The notes: generated from the letters alone by a model not told the origin. Counted from the stretch's first letter, positions 8,594 to 17,157 are shown. The stretch is 64,000 bases of DNA from Candidatus Nomurabacteria bacterium (GCA_029288725.1 JARIGS010000010.1:23947-87946), one strand, 5' to 3'. Translations and numbers: made by a program.

Positions 8594-10109
8594 ATATATG
8601 AATATATTAAATAACAAGGAGCTGATCGAAACTATTATCAAGGATCGTGAGGTGCGCCGCGCACTGACCAAGGAGAGCCATGAGTATTTCTTCCCCGTAT
8701 ATTTTGGGGAGTATATAAAATATCCCAGTGCGCCCCTTCATACGGAAATGATCAAGATCACGGAAAACACTGACGAGCAGTTGTCGGTGGTGGTGGCATT
8801 TCGTGGTTCTGCAAAATCCACAATCTTCTCTTTGTCATATCCCATCTGGGCGATATTGGGAAAGCAACAAAAGAAGTTCGTGCTCATAGTGTCCCAGACA
8901 CAGGTGCAGGCTCGGCAACTCCTCACCAACATCAAAGAAGAGTTGACGAACAATCACCTGCTGAAGAGCGACCTCGGACCATTTGAAGAGCCAGACGACG
9001 AATGGCGTGCGGCTTCCATTGTGCTTCCGCAGTACGGTGCCCGTATCATGGTCGCATCAAGCGAGCAAAGCATTCGTGGCATACGCCATAAAAGCTATCG
9101 TCCAGATCTCATCATTCTCGACGACATCGAGGACATTGCCTCCTCCAAGACAAAAGAGGGTCGCGACAAGACGTTTCGATGGCTTGCAAGCGAGGTGCTT
9201 CCTGCGGGAGATGTCACAACGAAAGTCATTCTTATTGGAAACCTTGTTCATGAGGATTCAGTCATCATGCGTCTTCGGCAAAAGATTAAGCTTAAGGAAA
9301 TCAAAGGAAGCTTCTCTATGTATCCGATCATGGATGAGCAGGGAGTGAGCTTGTGGCCCGGGAAATTCCCGACACCAGAATCGTTGAAAAACGAGGAGAC
9401 GAAAGTGCTCAATCCGCAGGCATGGTTTCGCGAGTATCTGCTTAAAATCATTCCCGAGGAAGGACAGGTAGTCTTTCCAGAATGGTTTCAATATTACGAC
9501 ACCTTGCCAACCAAACATCAGCGCGCCTACCGTTGCACGTATTCGGCGGTTGACTTGGCAATATCTCAGAAAGACAGTGCTGACTATACGACTGTTGTCA
9601 CGGCATATGTCTATGGGCGTGCGGACAAGATTCGCATATACATTCTGCCAAACCCAATCAACAAAAAGCTGTCATTTCCTGCACAAGTGGAAATGCTGAA
9701 AGGTCATGCAGCGATTGCTTTGCCGAATTCTTCCGACAAGCTTTTTGTTGAAAGCGTCGCATACCAAGACGCACTGCCGCAAATGCTCAAAACCCAAGGG
9801 GTGCATGCGATTGGCGTAAAGCCGCAAAATGACAAGCGCACACGCCTTGCACTGACGACTTCCTATATTCAATCGGGACGAGTGAAATTCCCCCAGAAAG
9901 GGTGCGAAGATCTCATTCAGCAACTGGTCGGTTTCGGTATTGAAAACCACGATGACCTTGCTGATGCATTTTCGTTGCTCATTCTGCAGATTGCGGAGCG
10001 ACATCTTAATGAGTCGACATGGATGATATGCTTCCTTGGTGGGTCAAGCTACGATAAGAACGGGACTATTTATTATGATGACTATATTGACGTGGAAACA
10101 GGAAAATAA
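8583..10109 (+). CDS. phage terminase large subunit (ATPase + RNaseH-like nuclease)
   Basis: Walker A AFRGSAKST, Walker B LIILDDIEDI, nuclease region SAVDLAISQKDSADYTTVV. ATG 8583 chosen (overlaps the TerS stop by 11 nt); alternative upstream start 8514. Confidence 0.8.
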   Translation: MKNKYMNILNNKELIETIIKDREVRRALTKESHEYFFPVYFGEYIKYPSAPLHTEMIKITENTDEQLSVVVAFRGSAKSTIFSLSYPIWAILGKQQKKFVLIVSQTQVQARQLLTNIKEELTNNHLLKSDLGPFEEPDDEWRAASIVLPQYGARIMVASSEQSIRGIRHKSYRPDLIILDDIEDIASSKTKEGRDKTFRWLASEVLPAGDVTTKVILIGNLVHEDSVIMRLRQKIKLKEIKGSFSMYPIMDEQGVSLWPGKFPTPESLKNEETKVLNPQAWFREYLLKIIPEEGQVVFPEWFQYYDTLPTKHQRAYRCTYSAVDLAISQKDSADYTTVVTAYVYGRADKIRIYILPNPINKKLSFPAQVEMLKGHAAIALPNSSDKLFVESVAYQDALPQMLKTQGVHAIGVKPQNDKRTRLALTTSYIQSGRVKFPQKGCEDLIQQLVGFGIENHDDLADAFSLLILQIAERHLNESTWMICFLGGSSYDKNGTIYYDDYIDVETGK

Positions 10110-10129
10110 TTCCGTTAATAATTGGCAAA

Positions 10130-10966
10130 TTAGTTATAGCTCGTAATGATTCCGCTACTGTCATAATAAACACAGCTTTCACTATAGTCAGACCCTGTCC
10201 AACAGGCCTGATACTGATTGCCAGTTCCATAGTTTGAGGTATGTACTGAGCTTGGGCTGCCCCATGCGGCGCGAACCATGTCTATGTCCATGCCGACTGT
10301 AATTTTATGGCTTGCAATGGTTGCACAGACATCCTTGCTCCAGTCAGGGTGCTTTTTGCACACCTTTCCCGCAGGACTGTTATCGTAGGCTGCTTGTACG
10401 GCCTTGTCTTCGGCTGTTTTGATAGCTTCTGCCTGGGCTTGCTGCAGGTCTTCGGTTGCCATTTGAGCTTTCTCCTGATCGGTATAGAGGCGAGTGATCG
10501 TAATAGTCTTCGTGTCAGTTTTGTCATTGTTCGTTGCGGCCACCATCACGGTATTCGTTTCCTTTGTCAGGCCAACTGATGAAGAAAACTTTCCATGCGA
10601 GACAACGGTGACATTTCCGTTGACGGTCACTGTTGCGGTGTACGGCTCGACCGATCCTTCAATGGTGGCGGAAGCCGACTGTATTGAGGCGTTGTCTGCG
10701 GGGCTGGTTATGACAATCGTTGGCGCTCGTTTGGCATACAAGTTAAGACCGGTGAGCATGATGCAAAGTGCCACGAGAGCCGCAGTCCATTGGACTTTTC
10801 CTTTTTGATGCATCGTGACGCTCTTCCAAACATATATTATCGCTATGAGTGGAAATGAGACGTACCAGTATATGAATGCGATCGGTACTACGACCACAAG
10901 TATGAGCAGGATGCTTATTATCTTGTGCTTGTGATAAAAGTCTTTCAGTTCTTCGTTAATGGTCAT
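10130..10966 (-). CDS. hypothetical membrane-anchored/exported protein (N-terminal TM, Cys-rich C-terminus)
   Basis: ILLILVVVVPIAFIYWYVSFPLIAIIYVW TM segments; long structured leader upstream. Confidence 0.5.
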   Translation of the reverse strand: MTINEELKDFYHKHKIISILLILVVVVPIAFIYWYVSFPLIAIIYVWKSVTMHQKGKVQWTAALVALCIMLTGLNLYAKRAPTIVITSPADNASIQSASATIEGSVEPYTATVTVNGNVTVVSHGKFSSSVGLTKETNTVMVAATNNDKTDTKTITITRLYTDQEKAQMATEDLQQAQAEAIKTAEDKAVQAAYDNSPAGKVCKKHPDWSKDVCATIASHKITVGMDIDMVRAAWGSPSSVHTSNYGTGNQYQACWTGSDYSESCVYYDSSGIITSYN

Positions 10967-10968
10967 AT

Positions 10969-11115
10969 TTTCTCTAGCGGGATTTAAATATGAGAGAAGC
11001 CCAGATATAACAAAAGGCTCCTCGCCATTGCGATGACCTTTCGGCCACCCATACCCGTTTCCAGATACGACCCGCTAGAGTGACTCTGACGAGGAGTCCT
11101 TTGTTCTCTAGCGGG
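10969..11115 (-). promoter_or_regulatory. Structured 5' leader of 10130..10966 with three copies of a 10-mer (CTCTAGCGGG 10972-10981, its reverse complement 11071-11080, CTCTAGCGGG 11106-11115)
   Basis: Read directly. The proximal copy sits 5 nt from the start codon, and the middle copy can pair with either outer copy. Confidence 0.35.
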
Positions 11116-11231
11116 AGTTTCGACCATATCCTTTGTTTCCAAGGGGGTTAGGCCTCTATTAAATTGTTACCTGACTATAATACAGTAAATACTGCATTAC
11201 TTCCACACCTTATCGCAGTTCAGTTGATTTG

Positions 11232-12254
11232 TTAAGGCTGGTTACCAACAGTCATCTGATTGAGGTATTTCCTCAAATCTTCTATCGTCTCAATCTGTTT
11301 TGTCTTATGCATGTAAGGCAGCTTTACCCATATGTTGATCGTGATGAATGCTCTCAGGAGAACTTGGTCATATTCTTCACCATCAAAGTATCCCTCGACA
11401 AGTTGCTTGGTTACTTCGTCCAATCCAACCTTTGAAGCAAGGATAATGCTTCTGGCTATGTCCATATATGGATGATGGAAACAAGCCCATGGGTCAAAGA
11501 CCGTAAGAGGCTCCGTAGCGAACACGTTACCAGTATGAAAGTCGTTGTGACAATACACTGTTTCTTTATTATTACCAATACGAGAAATGATCAATCTGCA
11601 TACTTCCTCTATTGATCCATGATCTCTATCATTTAAGAGCTGGTTCTCCTTCACATATGCAAACTGCTCCTTTGTGCGAGTGTCGCTCTCAAGCCACTCC
11701 GCAACCGTCTGGTACCCTGGCCCCTTCTTGTCATTCACTATATTGCTGCAGCCCTCCGTCTTGGTGGCGTGCATTTTTCTTAGCATCTTGCCCAAATCGT
11801 AATAGGCTCTCTTTTCCAAGAGTTCCTCGTTGCTGTATTTCTGAATCAAGGTCTGCGCTTCGATATATTCCATGAGTACATAGAAGTGGTCTCCTAACGT
11901 GCCCTCTTCAAAGACATGAGGTACTCTTACTCCACTGTCTTCCCATACCTTAAGGAACGACCCTTCTAGTCCCGAAGTGAGCAAGCTCAATGGCACCTTA
12001 AGAATATATTTTTGCTCCATTGTATCGAGAATGCAGACCAGTGATGAAACCCCTGCATGGAGAAAGGTAATGTCAACTTTCTTACTCAAAAACAAGAAAT
12101 GGTTACTTATAAAATCCTTAAGCACTGGAAGGAGTGCTGTTCGGCGTTCGTTGAAATTGGTGTCCGCTTCGTGCTCGGACAGCTTTGGCTCATTGAGGAA
12201 AGTGATCCTATTGGGATCTTGAAGATTGTCGTTCATCCACCAATTATACTCCAA
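11232..12254 (-). CDS. phosphotransferase enzyme family protein (APH/choline-kinase-like fold)
   Basis: CHNDFHTGNVF (catalytic HxDxxxxN) and FDPWAC (metal-binding D). Confidence 0.65.
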   Translation of the reverse strand: MEYNWWMNDNLQDPNRITFLNEPKLSEHEADTNFNERRTALLPVLKDFISNHFLFLSKKVDITFLHAGVSSLVCILDTMEQKYILKVPLSLLTSGLEGSFLKVWEDSGVRVPHVFEEGTLGDHFYVLMEYIEAQTLIQKYSNEELLEKRAYYDLGKMLRKMHATKTEGCSNIVNDKKGPGYQTVAEWLESDTRTKEQFAYVKENQLLNDRDHGSIEEVCRLIISRIGNNKETVYCHNDFHTGNVFATEPLTVFDPWACFHHPYMDIARSIILASKVGLDEVTKQLVEGYFDGEEYDQVLLRAFITINIWVKLPYMHKTKQIETIEDLRKYLNQMTVGNQP

Positions 12255-12351
12255 GTTCTATTTTGAGAGTATTGATACGATTGCGAGTATGCTATGAAAT
12301 ACTTATCCTGCATAGCTATGCATCACCAACCAGTCTGTCATTAATATAGGT

Positions 12352-13671
12352 ATGGAAACGACAGCTATCGGCAAGATTCCGAGCAACATATCCATTTCGG
12401 AGACGAGGGTCAGATACTGCCTGTATGCCCGAAAATCGACCGAGTCGGACGAGCAGCAGGCACTGTCCATAGACTCGCAGATCAAGGAGATGACGGATAT
12501 TGCGGAGCGACTAAAACTCAACGTGGTCATGGTGAAGCGAGAGTCACATTCCGCAAAGGAGTCTGGACAGCGACCAGTGTTCAAGGAATTGCTGGAAGAA
12601 ATCAGAGACGGAAAATGCGACGGTATTCTCACATGGGCACCAGACCGACTGAGCAGAAATGCTGGCGATCTTGGAACCGTTGTCGATCTCATGGATCAAA
12701 AGAGGCTGATTCACATTCAGACGTACGGACAGACATTTTCCAATTCACCAAATGAGAAATTTCTGCTGATGATATTATGTTCACAAGCGAAGCTTGAGAA
12801 TGACAATAAAAGCATCAACGTGAAGCGTGGGCTTCGGGCAAGAGTCGAGATGGGACTCTGGCCGTGCAGACCGCCGACTGGATATACAAAATACAAGCGT
12901 ATTGATCAGAAGTGCGAGTCAGTGATTGATCCAGTGCGAGCGCCAGTTATCAAGCAGATGTTTGAGAAAATTGCATATGACGGCTGGAGCGGAAGAAAGC
13001 TGTACCATTGGCTGAAGGACGACATCAAGTTCAGGACGGAAAACAACATGCCATTGAGTCTCGGCAATCTCTACAAGATTCTGGAGAACCATTTCTATTA
13101 CGGACGATTCGAGTTCCCGAAGCAGTCTGGCAACTGGTACAACGGCGCGCATGAGCCGATCATTACGAAAGACCTGTTTGACCTTGTTCAGGAAAGGATA
13201 AAGAGTCAGATACTTCAGCCACGGTCAGAGCAAAAGGAGTTTGCCTTCACCAAGATCATGACCTGCGGACTGTGCGGCTCTGGCATCACTGCAGACGAGA
13301 AGTTCAAGAAGCAGAAGAACGGCAACGTCCACCGCTATGTCTATTACAAGTGCACCCGTGTCAAGGATTCGCAGTGTCCCAGCGGATACATCAACGAAGA
13401 AGAACTCGTTACCCAGTTGCAGGATCTGATGGACGACGTTGAGATACAGACGGTGCCAATGCGGGAGAAGATAACGGCGGAGGTACACCGCTTCAAGAAG
13501 TTTGAGCAAATGCTACTGGGAACAAAGACGACAGTGTCGGTGAAGGATATCGATATCCGCAACTATGCCAAGTTCATTCTGCTTGAGGGAACAATGGACG
13601 AGAAGCGAGAGTTTCTAAGGTGTTTGAAGAGCGAGATCGTGTTGAATAACAAAAGGGTTTCATTAAAATAA
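12352..13671 (+). CDS. large serine recombinase (resolvase/invertase catalytic domain + recombinase domain + zinc ribbon)
   Basis: YARKSTESDEQQALSIDSQ (catalytic Ser), DRLSRN, GLWPCRPPTGYT, CGLCG...YYKC. Confidence 0.85.
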   Translation: METTAIGKIPSNISISETRVRYCLYARKSTESDEQQALSIDSQIKEMTDIAERLKLNVVMVKRESHSAKESGQRPVFKELLEEIRDGKCDGILTWAPDRLSRNAGDLGTVVDLMDQKRLIHIQTYGQTFSNSPNEKFLLMILCSQAKLENDNKSINVKRGLRARVEMGLWPCRPPTGYTKYKRIDQKCESVIDPVRAPVIKQMFEKIAYDGWSGRKLYHWLKDDIKFRTENNMPLSLGNLYKILENHFYYGRFEFPKQSGNWYNGAHEPIITKDLFDLVQERIKSQILQPRSEQKEFAFTKIMTCGLCGSGITADEKFKKQKNGNVHRYVYYKCTRVKDSQCPSGYINEEELVTQLQDLMDDVEIQTVPMREKITAEVHRFKKFEQMLLGTKTTVSVKDIDIRNYAKFILLEGTMDEKREFLRCLKSEIVLNNKRVSLK

Positions 13672-13688
13672 TGTGGTATAATAGAAGC

Positions 13689-13895
13689 CACTTGTAAATT
13701 GAAAAGCCACCCATTTTTTTATCTTTTTATAAAAAAGATTTCAAAGATAAAATGTCCCGATCATGACGGCACTGAGCTGGCTACCGCCTTAACAGTACAG
13801 TCGGAATCGTATCATTGATTTCTTTGTCCTTTGAGAGATTAGTCCTTAGAGAGGTAGGTAGTCCGCTATCAACAATGACAGTTTTACAAGTAGTT
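13689..13895 (+). ncRNA. candidate retron non-coding RNA (msr-msd) upstream of the RT
   Basis: Extended -10 TGgTATAAT at 13674-13682 predicts a TSS near 13689. Inverted repeat ACTTGTAAA (13690-13698) / TTTACAAGT (13883-13891) resembles a1/a2. Internal hairpins ATCTTTTT-ATA-AAAAAGAT (13721-13739) and GGGGTGG-N12-CCACCCC (13897-13922). Boundaries are approximate. Confidence 0.35.
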
Positions 13896-14010
13896 CGGGG
13901 TGGTTTTGTTATTGTCCACCCCACAGTTAGTGTATGGAATTATTCGTAATTGCATTACTGCTTATTTTCCTCACAATTCGTGAGTCGAATAAGTAAGGGC
14001 TAAGACCTCA

Positions 14011-14907
14011 GTGGATAATGAAAAATTATATTCCTCAAAGAAATACCTCCTAACGCTCCTTGGAATAAAGGAAAACTTTCTGTACCCCAATTTCTCACAA
14101 AAATACAAAGAAAAGAATATCCCCAAAAAGAATGGCGGCATTCGAAAAATTAAACCACCGCAATTTAACCTCAAGAAACTCCAAAAGGTTGTCCTTGAAA
14201 AAATACTCCGTATACATCCTCAGTTGCCATGCGTGTACGGTTTATCAAAGGATAGGAACATCACCAGTAATGCAAAACTTCACCGGAAAAATTTTGATAA
14301 CCAGTTAGTCGTTTTGGACATTGAAAACTTTTTTCCAAGCATAACAAAAAAGCAAATAGTTCAAGTATTTAAGAAAATCGGTTTCAATAAAGAAAATTCT
14401 TTGATACTTGCGAAAATTTGCACCGTTGATGATTGCTTACCCCAAGGCGCACCAACCAGTCCGTACCTCGCTTCTCTCGTTTGCATTAAACTGGATAAAG
14501 AAATATACCAATACTGTAAAAAACATAATTTTGAATACACAAGATATTTTGATGACATTAGTGTCTCAGGGAAAAACATACTGCCCAAACATATTAAAGA
14601 TATAGAAAACGCTATCCGTAAACACGGTTTTACCTGTAACGCAGAGAAGAAGAATTTTTATGACACAGGTAAGGATAAGATTATAAATGGTGTACTAATT
14701 ACTGAAAATGGGCTATCAGTAACAAGTTCTTACAAAAAGGAAATTGAAGATATTTATAATGCATTAATCAATAGTCGGACTATTGAAAACAAAAGGTCAT
14801 TTTCGGGCAAGTTTGGATTTTATTTACACATAAACAGGAAAGAAGCCGTTGCTTTTTTAGAAGGAATGAAAAAAGGAATAACCTCGCTAGCGTATAACCA
14901 TGATTGA
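14011..14907 (+). CDS. retron-type reverse transcriptase
   Basis: VLDIENFFPSITKKQIVQVF, LPQGAPTSPYLASLVCIKLD and YTRYFDDISVS align closely with Ec86 RT blocks NIDLEDFFPSL / LPQGAPSSPKLANLIC / YTRYADDLTLS. ~298 aa; no maturase or X domain. Confidence 0.85.
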   Translation: MDNEKLYSSKKYLLTLLGIKENFLYPNFSQKYKEKNIPKKNGGIRKIKPPQFNLKKLQKVVLEKILRIHPQLPCVYGLSKDRNITSNAKLHRKNFDNQLVVLDIENFFPSITKKQIVQVFKKIGFNKENSLILAKICTVDDCLPQGAPTSPYLASLVCIKLDKEIYQYCKKHNFEYTRYFDDISVSGKNILPKHIKDIENAIRKHGFTCNAEKKNFYDTGKDKIINGVLITENGLSVTSSYKKEIEDIYNALINSRTIENKRSFSGKFGFYLHINRKEAVAFLEGMKKGITSLAYNHD

Positions 14908-15568
14908 AATAGATAGCAAGATTTTCAAAACCAAAAAGGATACCGAGGATTTTATTCGTACGATACTTTACAAGTACCCCCTAAATGAGCCACTGATCGG
15001 AGAAGACTTGGCTTTTGTCTCTAGCCTGCTTGAACTTCACCCCGACAAGGACACGAAAATAGGAGCTGGAGTCAGCTCAATCATCACTGAAGCCGACAGC
15101 GAGTTCAATAAAACCAGACATTTTTCTATTGTTAGAGTGGACGGTACGATCGTCGATTTTAGTTTTAAAAAATGTTTGTCACCAGTACCGAATGAACCTA
15201 TCAAATTGTTCCGATCTTGTGCAAGGCGTGCAGTTGCAGATCAAGCTCTGTCTTTCAGGGACAAGTTTTTTCTTGAGAATCAGAATTCCGATGGAAATGT
15301 CGCATGTGCGCTTACTGGTGTTTTGATTAATAAAAATAATTCACACATTGATCATATCGCCCCAGCTACGTTCGACAAGATTGTTTTGGATTTTATTGCT
15401 ATAAACAACATTGATGTAAGTAAGGTCAAATTTATTGAATCGCTAAACGGGATAGGTAGAGTATTTGCTGATAACAATTTAAAAGATACCTTTTCTACAT
15501 ATCACAAAAATGTTGCCATGCTACAGGTCGTATCGCCTGTGGCCAATTTAAAGCAGAAAAAGAAGTAA
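14900..15568 (+). CDS. HNH-like nuclease-motif protein (paralog 2), translationally coupled to the RT (ATGATTGA overlap)
   Basis: CALTGVLINKNNSHIDHIAPATFDKIV (HxDHIxP). 8-nt overlap with the RT stop. ~70% identical to 2659..3360. Confidence 0.6.
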   Translation: MIEIDSKIFKTKKDTEDFIRTILYKYPLNEPLIGEDLAFVSSLLELHPDKDTKIGAGVSSIITEADSEFNKTRHFSIVRVDGTIVDFSFKKCLSPVPNEPIKLFRSCARRAVADQALSFRDKFFLENQNSDGNVACALTGVLINKNNSHIDHIAPATFDKIVLDFIAINNIDVSKVKFIESLNGIGRVFADNNLKDTFSTYHKNVAMLQVVSPVANLKQKKK

Positions 15569-15589
15569 AAAAATCTTCTCTTTTGCAAT

Positions 15590-16105
15590 TTATAATTTTC
15601 CCATTCTCTTCAAAACTTTTTCTGTAAGATCGTCTATATTTTCCTGATTACTAATATCAGGAGATAGTTTTTTTAAAATCACATCTAATTCCATGTATGA
15701 TTTTTGGTCACCAATTTTTGCATAAAAGTGCTTTAGTCCAATAATGATTGATTCTGTCAACATTTTGACATAAGGTAAGGAGCTAACTGCGGTATAGTGA
15801 TAACCTGCAATTCGTTCAAAATCAAAATCGTCATTAAAAACATCAAATGAATCAAGAAGGGCTCCATAAGAAACATGGGTATAGCTAGAGAGCATTCCGT
15901 AAATACCCGCCTTCACCTCATCAAACGGTATTTTTTCATTAGGCTTTTCTTGATTATCAGAATACTTTTGATATTGTTTTCTTGCTACTTCATTCCCAAC
16001 AATTTTACCCTCGAACCATTTGATTAAATCAGGATTTGTATCGTCACTGTCTAGGAAGTAAAATGCCAAGTCTAAAGCTTCTTGTGACGATCGAACAATT
16101 TCCAT
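15590..16105 (-). CDS. hypothetical protein
   Basis: 171-aa ORF; may be the distal part of a gene disrupted together with 16260..16487. Confidence 0.4.
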   Translation of the reverse strand: MEIVRSSQEALDLAFYFLDSDDTNPDLIKWFEGKIVGNEVARKQYQKYSDNQEKPNEKIPFDEVKAGIYGMLSSYTHVSYGALLDSFDVFNDDFDFERIAGYHYTAVSSLPYVKMLTESIIIGLKHFYAKIGDQKSYMELDVILKKLSPDISNQENIDDLTEKVLKRMGKL

Positions 16106-16259
16106 TACCTCATAATGAAATCCATCGGCTGCTAAATGGAAAATTGCCGATAGTCCTTGAGAAGCTTTGCCAAATAATATATAGGCGGCAGTAATTTTAT
16201 TTTGATCAATGGCATCCTTAATGTGAAGTCGGACCTGTCGAATGTATGGAAAAAACTCA

Positions 16260-16487
16260 TTAAAACATTTTTTTTAAAACTTCCACCTTTTTAAGAATAA
16301 AAACCTTGTCTGCCTCCATCTGCTCATATGGAAAATTAGGATTTTGATTCAAAAAATCCTTAACTTTCTCTTGCTGATCCTTGTACTTCTTGATACGTTC
16401 TGCTATTGAAAGTTGCGCTTCTTTTTTAAGGGGGTTAATGTTATCCATTGTTTTTAAACCACGAGTTCGATTCTCAAAAGGGTGCAA
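16260..16487 (-). CDS. hypothetical small protein (possible fragment)
   Basis: 75-aa ORF ending at a T8 homopolymer; a 150-nt gap before the next same-strand ORF. Confidence 0.3.
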   Translation of the reverse strand: MHPFENRTRGLKTMDNINPLKKEAQLSIAERIKKYKDQQEKVKDFLNQNPNFPYEQMEADKVFILKKVEVLKKMF

Positions 16488-16514
16488 AATCCTGATTTTG
16501 AAAATACCCTTAAA

Positions 16515-16546
16515 ATGTATGCTTCTCGTGCTAGCACGAGATGGTG
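16515..16546. repeat. 32-nt direct repeat copy B (TGTATGCTTCTCGTGCTAGCACGAGATGGTGA), overlapping the last 6 nt of tRNA-Glu
   Basis: 30/32 identity to 3369..3400. Confidence 0.6.
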
Positions 16547-16615
16547 ACCCTACGGGGAATCGAACCCCGATTTAAGCCTTGAGAAGGCTCCGTCCTAACC
16601 GTTAGACGATAGGGC
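16541..16615 (-). tRNA. tRNA-Glu (anticodon CUC), CCA encoded
   Basis: Reverse complement GGCCCTATCGTCTAACGGTTAGGACGGAGCCTTCTCAAGGCTTAAATCGGGGTTCGATTCCCCGTAGGGTCACCA. 7-bp acceptor stem with one G-U, T-loop GGTTCGATTCC, anticodon loop TTCTCAA. Confidence 0.85.
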
Positions 16616-16659
16616 CAAGTGCTGCATAACTATAATGAACGATGGTGTATAATGCAAGC

Positions 16660-17157
16660 ATGAAAAAAAGATATTTTTTGCTTATCTTTGTGGTGCTGTT
16701 TGCGGCATCGATGTATGGATTGGTGGCGACGGTGGAGAATAGTACACCGACGGTTAATACTCCTGCTGCAGGATTGTCGTCTGAGCAAGTGCCGCCAGTG
16801 CAGAAGGATGATCTGATCATGGTGACTGCGCCGCTGACCGGGCAGACCGTGACCTCGCCGTTGATGATCAGTGGCAAGGCAAGAGGGAATTGGTATTCCG
16901 AAGGCGTCTTTCCGGTCGAGCTGACGACTGATGACGGTTCGATCATTGCATCGGGTGAAGCTCATGCCGAAGGCGAATGGACGACGACCGACTACGTGCC
17001 ATTTACTGCTACGCTGACATTTCCGACCAGCAATCCTTCGCTTCGCTCAGGAGCTACGGCAGAAACATCCACTATGGGATACGTCGTATTGAAAAAGGAC
17101 AACCCTTCCGGTGATCCGCAGTTTGACAACTCCGTATCAATCCAAGTACAGTGGTAG
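16660..17157 (+). CDS. secreted Gmad2-like immunoglobulin-fold protein
   Basis: Signal/TM MKKRYFLLIFVVLFAASMYG; -10 TATAAT at 16648 with a short leader. Confidence 0.45.
   Translation: MKKRYFLLIFVVLFAASMYGLVATVENSTPTVNTPAAGLSSEQVPPVQKDDLIMVTAPLTGQTVTSPLMISGKARGNWYSEGVFPVELTTDDGSIIASGEAHAEGEWTTTDYVPFTATLTFPTSNPSLRSGATAETSTMGYVVLKKDNPSGDPQFDNSVSIQVQW

Larger units (their letters stand above)
3369..16546. mobile_element. putative ~13.2-kb genomic island / degraded integrative element bounded by 32-nt direct repeats next to the tRNA-Glu 3' end
   Basis: Direct repeats plus a decayed tRNA 3'-half duplicate at the distal end. Cargo: ParB-MTase, TerS, TerL, serine recombinase, retron. Confidence 0.45.

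Noticed and set aside
14011-14907. RT as group II intron or DGR reverse transcriptase
   Set aside because: It is ~300 aa with no X/maturase or endonuclease domain and no template/variable repeat pair nearby. Motif blocks match retron RTs (Ec86-like).
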